A DNA stretch of 39,943 bases from Candidatus Bipolaricaulota bacterium (GTDB lineage: Bacteria > Bipolaricaulota > Bipolaricaulia > UBA7950 > UBA9294). Position 1 is the first letter of the stretch; each line of letters opens with the position of its first letter. The DNA lies in NCBI GenBank assembly GCA_022711155.1, contig JAKLFO010000002.1, positions 1 through 39,943 of the forward strand, written 5' to 3'. The position numbers and the translations under genes were made by a program. The notes under the pieces are model-generated. The model was not told where the DNA came from. It saw only the letters and a list, made by a program, of their open reading frames with translations, and made no database searches. This document shows positions 29,595 through 36,474 of the stretch, in pieces.

Positions 29595-32444
29595 CTAGAG
29601 CGCTTCTTCGTTATCCTCAGGACGACTCGTGAGGATCAGGCACTCCCAGGCCGCCAGGTCGATCTCCAGGGCACCCGCCTGGATCGCACACGCGCGCCCG
29701 GTGAGCCGGTCGGCGGCTGGTCCGTCGGGCAGCGGCACGCGCGCGACGCGCGCTCTCGCCGGCGCGTCGGACGGGTTCGCGACGACGACCACAGCTCTGT
29801 GGCCGTCGGTTCGCGCATAGGCCACCGGCGCGCCGCCGTCCACCGCGAGAACGCGGAACGAAGAGGGATCCGAGTTCGTCACGAGATCGGCCAGTTCCAA
29901 CCGCACGTCGAGGCTGCGCCGGACCGTCTCGAGCGGGCGGGACGCGCGACTCCAGTCGCACGCCCACGGCGCGGTCAAGGGCAACGATTCCGTCGGGTAT
30001 CGGAGCAACTCGTCCGCGGCGAAGTCGAGCCCGGTGTTCACGGGCTGCGTCTCGCCGAGCTCGAACCCCGCGTGCACGAACGGCATCCCGGGAAGGAAAG
30101 CTCCGAGGACCCAGGCGAGACGTGAACGAGCGACTCCTCCCGAGCGCGCCGCGCAACGCGGCGTGTTGTGGGTTTCCGGGGTGGCGAAGAACGGCAGCGC
30201 AGGGCCGACCTGCGCGAACTGGTCGAGGCCGGCGAGAAACTCGGCGGGGCGGTGGATCGTCCACCACACGCTGCCCATGGCGGCGTTGTACCCCTCCGCG
30301 CGCGACTCCCCGCGCAAGGCGAAGTCCTCATCCCAAAAAGCGAAGTCCGGAGCGACGCTCCGCGTGCCTTCGATGATGCGCCGCTTCAGCTCGCGCGGCA
30401 GCGCGTGTCCCATGTCGATCATCGCCCCATCGATCCCGTACTCGCGCGCGTAGTGCGGCAGTATCCCCGCAACGCGGTCCCACAGCGCGGACACCACGCG
30501 TTCCGGCGTCGCGAGCCGCGCGTCGTACATGCGCACGGTGTTGTAGGCGATGTAGTCGAAGTCCGGATGCGCATAGAGGCGCAGATACGTCACGTCCGAC
30601 CACGGCGGCTGCGTGTCGTCGGGCGGCCAGTCCGCGAACGCACCTGGAATCCTCACGTCCGCGCCTCCCGGCGCGGTGCCAAGATAGCGGACTCCGTCGA
30701 CGCGGATCGTCGATGCCGCCGGAGCCGACAGGAACAGCCGGCGGTACGCGGCGTGCGGCGGCAACAGCTCACCGTAGTCCCCTCGCCCGACCAAGTTCTT
30801 GATCCGCGCGAGTTCGTCGGGCTCGAAGAGCGGGCTCCCGTAGAGCGACTCGTCGGAACTCCCGCCCGGGCGATCACCGGCGTCGGCGCGAACCCAGTAG
30901 AACCAGTCCGGATGCTGCGGCACCCACGCCGAGTCCTTCGCCGCCGTCCGGAACACGAACTCGAGCACCACGCGAATGCCCAACCGGTGCGCGCCCTCGA
31001 CGAAGGCGCGAAGCTCGGCGTCCGGCCCGAGGCCGAGGAGCGGCTCGGCCAGCGTCTCGTCAAGCGAGTATGGATCGCGCATCGCATAGGGCGACCCGAG
31101 CTCTCCCTTCCGCCCGTCCCGCCCGATCGACGCGACGGGTAGGAGGTGGATGACGTTGCAGCCGAGGCTTCGGATGTACGGCAGGAGGGCGATCATCTTG
31201 AGAAACGTCCCCGTCTCCCGCGGCCGGCCGGGCAGACTCGCGAGGGCTCCGTCGCCGTCGTGGTCGAACGCCGCGGCCACGCGCACGAACGCGTTGTAGG
31301 CCAGCGAGTCTCGCGTCCACTCCCCACGATCGCCTGCCACGCGCTCCTCGTGGGGTGAACGCAGGACGCGGTCCACCGCCTCCCGCCAGAAGTCCACGGC
31401 GTCCGTCTCGACGACGCCCGTGCCGCGACCGTAGGGATCGGCCCAGAGCTGGGGAACCCTGTACGAAGCCGCGATGCCCGACCGTTTCATTCGGGCCAGG
31501 CGGTCCGCCACGCGCCGCAGCGCTGCCGTATCCTTCCTCTGCTCGCGCCACGCCGCTACCGGCTCTCTCCCGCGCATCCGCCCCTCCAGTTCGCTCATCC
31601 ACTTCACCCACGCGGGCGTCTTCCTCATCTCCACGAAGTCCCGCACCGCCGTTGAGAACTGCACGTCCTCGCCGAACTCCTCGCGCAAGTAGTAGAGGTG
31701 CTCGACCACCCAAGCGTACAGGTCCGCCTCCGTCCGCCCGGGGAAGGCGCGCAACAGGTTCTCCTCGCGGAAGATCTCCGTCAGCGGACGATAGACGTGG
31801 TCGTACCACGAGACGACCGCCTCGGGATACGCCACGCTCCGCTTCTCCTCGAGGCCGAGATAGTAGCGGTGCACGTCGATGTGCTCGAGAAGCTTCGCGT
31901 AGCCGCCGGGCGACGAGAACTCGATGCGGGCCGCCGGCCGCCGCTCGTCGAGGCGCGTCCGCCGCAGGAACTCGCCGTACTCCGCCTTGGCGAGGAGCGA
32001 CGCGGCGTCCGTCGTCTCATCAATCGGCACTCCGGTGTGGAAAGCGATCACCTCCGCTTCGATCGCCTTCATCCCGAGCTGGCGCGCCACGGACACGCGA
32101 TGATTCCCGTCAAGGACGAAGTAGGCCTCGCCGATCTTGTAGACGCGAATCGGAGCGAAGCCGGAGCCCTCGTCAAACGATCTGCGCACGTGCGCCCAAC
32201 GCTCGCCGAGCGCCCACCGCCTCGGCAGGAACCGCCTGTCGAAATCGTGGTAGCGGTTCACGCTCCCAATGATGTGGTCCAGCGGGATCTCGTGGATCCC
32301 GTCATAGGCCGACGACCCGATGCCGAGCGCGCGCTGCACGAGCGAGAACGGGAGGAGCAGGCTCGGCTTGCCTGTGATGAAGGACATCACGCGGCCCCAT
32401 GCCGCCTTGTGCCATGCGCGCTCGAAGTCGATGTCGCCTGTCAT
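29595..32444 (-). CDS. Fusion protein (949 aa): N-terminal ParB/Srx-like domain, DUF4032-like region, C-terminal GH13 (GlgE/maltosyltransferase-like) alpha-glucan-active domain
   Basis: ATG at 32444 overlaps the upstream stop (ATGA). The ParB-like part is HEIPLDHIIGSV..YFVLDGNHRVSVARQLG (about 32040-32312). The middle part is HRYYLG..VSWYDHVYRPL (about 31620-31997). The GH13 part is VIHLLPVASIGRDGRKGELGSPYA.., LEFVFRTAAKDSAWVPQHPDWFYW, GAMIDMGHA, FWDEDF, FFATPETHN (about 29598-31307). Confidence 0.8.
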   Translation of the reverse strand: MTGDIDFERAWHKAAWGRVMSFITGKPSLLLPFSLVQRALGIGSSAYDGIHEIPLDHIIGSVNRYHDFDRRFLPRRWALGERWAHVRRSFDEGSGFAPIRVYKIGEAYFVLDGNHRVSVARQLGMKAIEAEVIAFHTGVPIDETTDAASLLAKAEYGEFLRRTRLDERRPAARIEFSSPGGYAKLLEHIDVHRYYLGLEEKRSVAYPEAVVSWYDHVYRPLTEIFREENLLRAFPGRTEADLYAWVVEHLYYLREEFGEDVQFSTAVRDFVEMRKTPAWVKWMSELEGRMRGREPVAAWREQRKDTAALRRVADRLARMKRSGIAASYRVPQLWADPYGRGTGVVETDAVDFWREAVDRVLRSPHEERVAGDRGEWTRDSLAYNAFVRVAAAFDHDGDGALASLPGRPRETGTFLKMIALLPYIRSLGCNVIHLLPVASIGRDGRKGELGSPYAMRDPYSLDETLAEPLLGLGPDAELRAFVEGAHRLGIRVVLEFVFRTAAKDSAWVPQHPDWFYWVRADAGDRPGGSSDESLYGSPLFEPDELARIKNLVGRGDYGELLPPHAAYRRLFLSAPAASTIRVDGVRYLGTAPGGADVRIPGAFADWPPDDTQPPWSDVTYLRLYAHPDFDYIAYNTVRMYDARLATPERVVSALWDRVAGILPHYAREYGIDGAMIDMGHALPRELKRRIIEGTRSVAPDFAFWDEDFALRGESRAEGYNAAMGSVWWTIHRPAEFLAGLDQFAQVGPALPFFATPETHNTPRCAARSGGVARSRLAWVLGAFLPGMPFVHAGFELGETQPVNTGLDFAADELLRYPTESLPLTAPWACDWSRASRPLETVRRSLDVRLELADLVTNSDPSSFRVLAVDGGAPVAYARTDGHRAVVVVANPSDAPARARVARVPLPDGPAADRLTGRACAIQAGALEIDLAAWECLILTSRPEDNEEAL

Positions 32445-33079
32445 CCGATCTCCAGCACCTCGTACCCGTAGATCCCCCGCACTTCCGTGTGCCCACAGCA
32501 GACGGGACGCAGATCGATCCCGTACGACGGGTGAATGTGCCCGTGCAGCCACAGCCTGGGGCGCTCTTTCCTGATGAGGTCGACGAACGACTCGAATCCC
32601 CGGTGGCATGGGTCCGCCGCGTCGTGCACGCCTCGCGGGGCGGCGTGGGACACGACGACGCCCAAGCGGGCCCGCTCGGCCAGACCGAGCCAGCGCAGCC
32701 GGGCGCGGGCCCCGCGGACGCGGCGTCCCATCTCCCTCTCGCTGTGCTGGTGGACGCCCCCGCCGTACGCCGCGCTCCCGCCGAAGCCGGCGATCCAGAT
32801 GTCGTCGCCTCTTCGGCCGCGGACGCGCACGACGCGCCCGTCGATCGACCGACCGCCCTCCGGTCCATCACTCACACGCCCATCGGAGCGCATGAGCGCC
32901 CCGTCGTGGTTGCCGAGCACGTACAAGAGCGGCACGCCGAGGCACGTGACGATGTACTCGAGGTACTCGTACGGCAAATCGCCGCATGAGAGGACGAGTT
33001 CCACGCCGGCGCATACCGAACGGATCTCGCGCGAGTAGAGGACCTCGCTCACCGCGTCGCTCACCACGAGCGTCTTCAT
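32441..33079 (-). CDS. Calcineurin-like metallophosphoesterase
   Basis: SCGDLP, GNHDG, SHAAP and GHIHPS motifs are present. The first motif reads SDAVS (Asp present, His absent). There is no SD; the -10 lies 6 nt upstream of the ATG. Confidence 0.8.
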   Translation of the reverse strand: MKTLVVSDAVSEVLYSREIRSVCAGVELVLSCGDLPYEYLEYIVTCLGVPLLYVLGNHDGALMRSDGRVSDGPEGGRSIDGRVVRVRGRRGDDIWIAGFGGSAAYGGGVHQHSEREMGRRVRGARARLRWLGLAERARLGVVVSHAAPRGVHDAADPCHRGFESFVDLIRKERPRLWLHGHIHPSYGIDLRPVCCGHTEVRGIYGYEVLEIG

Positions 33080-33085
33080 GCGCAG

Positions 33086-33114
33086 ACTCTAGGCTAGGCC
33101 GAGGCCCGCGTCAA
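33086..33114 (-). promoter_or_regulatory. Putative promoter giving a leaderless mRNA for the metallophosphoesterase operon: TTGACG, 17 nt, TAGAGT, 6 nt, ATG
   Basis: Reverse complement of 33109-33114 is TTGACG and of 33086-33091 is TAGAGT, with a 17-nt spacer. The ATG at 33079 falls where a transcription start would be expected. Confidence 0.5.
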
Positions 33115-33145
33115 TACTTGCCTGCCGATCAGCGTTTCCCCCCTC

Positions 33146-33175
33146 TTGACGACGCGCGGAACGCCAGTCTATACT
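33146..33175 (+). promoter_or_regulatory. Putative promoter for the ROK regulator operon: TTGACG, 18 nt, TATACT
   Basis: TTGACG at 33146-33151 and TATACT at 33170-33175. The GTG start lies 31 nt downstream. Confidence 0.5.
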
Positions 33176-33177
33176 GA

Positions 33178-33204
33178 CTTAGTTTCTTCTCGGAAGGAAG
33201 TAAG
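33178..33204. promoter_or_regulatory. AT-rich imperfect inverted repeat (12-3-12, 10/12 matches): candidate operator or SD-sequestering hairpin
   Basis: cttagtttcttc-tcg-gaaggaagtaag. The right arm contains the SD (GGAAGGAAG) of the ROK gene. It starts 2 nt after the -10. Confidence 0.4.
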
Positions 33205-33206
33205 CG

Positions 33207-34364
33207 GTGCGACTCCAGAAGGGCGATCAGGACCTCATTCACCGGCAGAACCGCGCCATCATCATCAACCTATTGCGGCTGAACGGCCCTCTCTCCCGAA
33301 CGGAGATCGCCGAGCGCGCGGGGCTCGCGCCGTCTTGCCTCACCCGTCTCGTTCGCGAGCTCTTGCTGGAAGGCATCGTCGCCGAAATCGGCAAGTCGGG
33401 CTCCAACGGCGGCCGACCGGCCGTGCTCGTCGCCTTGGATCCGAACTACGCCCACACGATCGGGGTGAAGGTCGAACGACGCAGGATCCTCGCCGCGAGC
33501 GTCGATATGAGCGGCACGATCTCCGGGCGCGCGGAAACGCGATTCGAGCAGACGCCGACTCCGAGCGAGGCCATCGCGGCGATCGCGGACCTCACCAGGC
33601 GTCTGAGCGTGGGACGAACCCTGGGGCTCGGCGTGGCCATCTCGGGTTTCGTAGATCCTGTGACGGGCGTCGACCTCTACTCTCCCATCCTCGGGTGGGA
33701 GAACACGCCCTTGCGCGACCCGCTCGCCGCGCAGCTGTCTCTTCCGGTCTGGGTCGAGAACGACGTCAACGCGCTCGCGCTGGCGGAACGCTGGTACGGC
33801 GCAGGACGAAGCTTCCAGCACTTCGTCTGCATCACGGTCGGCGAGGGCATCGGAGCCGGCGTCGTCATTCAGGGGGAGATCTACCGCGGAGCGTTCGGCG
33901 GCGCCGGCGAGCTCGGCCACATCACAATCGACCCCGACGGCCCCGTCTGCCGGTGTCAGGAGCGGGGCTGCCTTGAGGTCTACGCGTCGGATCGATTTCT
34001 CCTCGAGGAGGCTCGTCGCCTCCGTTTCGACGGCATCCCCGAGCTGGCCGCCGCGGCGCGCAACGGCGGAAACGGAGCGCGAGACGCCTTCGCGAGGATG
34101 GGCAAGTTCCTCGGGTTCGGCGCCAAGAACCTGGTCAATCTGCTGAACCCGGAAGCTGTCGTGCTCGGCGGCGAGCGCATGGAGGAAGCGGACCTGTTCC
34201 TGCCTTCCCTGGAAGAGGAGGTGTGCCGACATAGCTTCCCCGCCGAAGCGGAGAAGCTGTGCATCGTCCCCGCAGAGCTAGGTGCCGATGGCTTCCTCAT
34301 CGGCCCTGCCACGCTCGTCGCCGCGGACTTCTTCCGGCTCCCGGCGCGAGGAGGTCTCGGGTGA
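33207..34364 (+). CDS. ROK-family transcriptional regulator (N-terminal wHTH + sugar-kinase-like domain)
   Basis: HTH LSRTEIAERAGLAPSCLTRLVRELL, the ROK zinc motif GHITIDPDGPVCRCQERGCLE, and glycine-rich GEGIGAG are present. Confidence 0.85.
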   Translation: MRLQKGDQDLIHRQNRAIIINLLRLNGPLSRTEIAERAGLAPSCLTRLVRELLLEGIVAEIGKSGSNGGRPAVLVALDPNYAHTIGVKVERRRILAASVDMSGTISGRAETRFEQTPTPSEAIAAIADLTRRLSVGRTLGLGVAISGFVDPVTGVDLYSPILGWENTPLRDPLAAQLSLPVWVENDVNALALAERWYGAGRSFQHFVCITVGEGIGAGVVIQGEIYRGAFGGAGELGHITIDPDGPVCRCQERGCLEVYASDRFLLEEARRLRFDGIPELAAAARNGGNGARDAFARMGKFLGFGAKNLVNLLNPEAVVLGGERMEEADLFLPSLEEEVCRHSFPAEAEKLCIVPAELGADGFLIGPATLVAADFFRLPARGGLG

Positions 34365-36469
34365 CCCTGCGCATCGACATCGACAGCAACGACGCCCTGT
34401 CGGTCCAGAGCGGCGAGGCCGTGCGCGTGACGGACGTCGGCGTCGCGTTCGGCTTCGGCTGCAGCGAGAGCGCCTTGCGGGCCTCACCTTGGGAGGGCTT
34501 TGCGGGATCGGGTGCGAGTGAGGCCCGCTGGACGTTCTCGCGCGCCGTGCGCGATGAGGTTGGAGCCCTGGCGCGGCTGGGGGTTCGCCAGGAGGACGAC
34601 GTCGCGTGGGTGTCCGTGGAACTCGAGAGGGATCTCCACGGACTCGCGGTCGCCGACTCGTTCGATCTGTCCGGCGTCGCCGCGCCGCGTCTGGGCATTC
34701 CCCCCGGATTGCGCGCGCTGTCCGTCAGCTACGGCCTCGGACGCTCCGGCGACGGGCAGATCGGCGGATACTGGCCGGCGGGGCACTCCTCGGCCAGCCA
34801 GTCCCTCCCTCCCGGCGCCTGCGCGCCGCTCGTCCTCCACGATGGCCACGCCGCACTCGCCATCGCTCCTGCCAACCTCTTCTTGACCAGCGCGCTCCTT
34901 CCCACGCAAGGCGGGATCGCCCGCACGCTGCACGGCAGCGTCGACGCGCTTCCAGCGGGAACGCGGATCGAGACGGCCCTCGCGGCCGGCCAGAGCGTCG
35001 AGGAAGCGCTATGGCGTCTCGGAGACGCGCTTCTCGCGCGAGCCGGAAAGGCGCGGCCGTCGCCGGGCGACTCGACGCTCACCTCGACCTTGGGCTGGTG
35101 GAACGCCTACGGGGGCTACTACACGGAACCGATCCGTCCGCTGGACGAGTCACGCCTCGTCGAGGTCATCGAGGCCCTCCGCCGCCAGGCCGTCCCCATC
35201 GGCTACGTCGGGCTTGATCTCTGGTACCCGTACCGCGTGATCGGCCAGGCGTTGCGTTTCGCGCCCGACCGTCGGAAGTACGCGCGCGGCTTCCGCGAGA
35301 TCGCAGAGCAGAGCGGGCTCGGCTTCGTCCTCCACCTCTCGGCTCTGTCCGCGGACAACGAGTACCGCACCTCCGGAGACGATGCGTCGTTCTACACCGA
35401 AGTCGCCGCGGAGATCCGCCGCCAGGGGGGGATCGCTGCGTGGCACGACTGGCTCCGCACGCAACAGCACTTGACGCCGACCCTGCGCTCCGATCCAGCG
35501 GCCGCCGAACGCTGGTTCGGCGGCATGTCGACGGCCCTCGAGCGCGAAGGCCTCGAGCTTCTCCTCTGCATGCAGACGATGGGCATGGTCCTCGCAGCGA
35601 CCGCGCGGCCGAACATCGTCGCCGCGCGGACGGCGATCGACTACTTGTTCGGCCAACCGGAAGCGCTCGACACGCTGGAGACGCTCGGCTTTGGCGGGTT
35701 CAAGGCTGATGCGACGCCGATCGGCCAGCTGCGGCGGCAGAACCTCCTCTTGGGCTCCGTGCTCCAGTCGCTCGGCCTGCTCCCGTTCCACGACCTCTTC
35801 TTGACGCGGCCCCAGGAGGGCCTCGGAGGCGCGAGCCCGCGCGCCGAGGCGGTCTTGCGCGCCCTCTCCTGTGGGCCCGTGGGCATCGGCGACGGCCCGG
35901 CCGGCACGGACACGGATCTCATCGCGAGCCTCGTGTCGAGGCGGGGCAAGCTCCTGCACCCGGACCACGCGCCGTTCCCGACGCCCGACTCGCTCGGGCT
36001 CGACGTGGAGATCTACGAGACAGCGCGCGTCGCCGACGCCGAGCGCTGGCGGTACGTCGTGGCGCTGAACACGAGTGCTCGCGCCGCTTCGTTCTCCGTC
36101 CCGCACGAACGAGAGGAATCCGTCATCTGGGACGCCTTGGGCAGGCGGATCGTCCCCACGATGGAGGGCGCCCTGGCTCCGGGGGAGATCGCGTACTACG
36201 TGGTCGCTCCTCTGCGAGGCGGAATCGCCCCCATCGGCCTCACGGACAAGCTGGTCCCCGCCCCGGCGGGCGTCCTGACGTCGGCTGAAGCTGACGGGGT
36301 CTGGCGTCTCGCTCTGGACGCGCCCGGCGAACGCTTCGCATTCTGGTCAAAGGAGACTCCGGAAGTGCGCGCGGACGGGCGTCACGTCCTGCCCACGCGC
36401 AGGGAGTCGGATCTGTGGATCGTCGAAGTCCCGCAGGCGGCCTCGCTGTCGGTGGCCGCCGGGAGGTGA
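34361..36469 (+). CDS. Uncharacterised 702-aa protein, distantly GH36 / raffinose-synthase (Sip1)-like TIM barrel (clan GH-D) by block order
   Basis: GTG at 34361 (GTGA overlap with the ROK stop) has GAGGAGG upstream. The blocks run LGWWNAYGG, VGLDLWY, GIAAWHDW, LLLCMQ, AIDYLF, LPFHDLF, AEAVLRALSCGPVGIGD, GKLLHPD..PTPD. This order mirrors GH36/Sip1 conserved blocks as I remember them. There is no signal peptide. Confidence 0.55.
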   Translation: MTLRIDIDSNDALSVQSGEAVRVTDVGVAFGFGCSESALRASPWEGFAGSGASEARWTFSRAVRDEVGALARLGVRQEDDVAWVSVELERDLHGLAVADSFDLSGVAAPRLGIPPGLRALSVSYGLGRSGDGQIGGYWPAGHSSASQSLPPGACAPLVLHDGHAALAIAPANLFLTSALLPTQGGIARTLHGSVDALPAGTRIETALAAGQSVEEALWRLGDALLARAGKARPSPGDSTLTSTLGWWNAYGGYYTEPIRPLDESRLVEVIEALRRQAVPIGYVGLDLWYPYRVIGQALRFAPDRRKYARGFREIAEQSGLGFVLHLSALSADNEYRTSGDDASFYTEVAAEIRRQGGIAAWHDWLRTQQHLTPTLRSDPAAAERWFGGMSTALEREGLELLLCMQTMGMVLAATARPNIVAARTAIDYLFGQPEALDTLETLGFGGFKADATPIGQLRRQNLLLGSVLQSLGLLPFHDLFLTRPQEGLGGASPRAEAVLRALSCGPVGIGDGPAGTDTDLIASLVSRRGKLLHPDHAPFPTPDSLGLDVEIYETARVADAERWRYVVALNTSARAASFSVPHEREESVIWDALGRRIVPTMEGALAPGEIAYYVVAPLRGGIAPIGLTDKLVPAPAGVLTSAEADGVWRLALDAPGERFAFWSKETPEVRADGRHVLPTRRESDLWIVEVPQAASLSVAAGR

Positions 36470-36474
36470 GTCGC

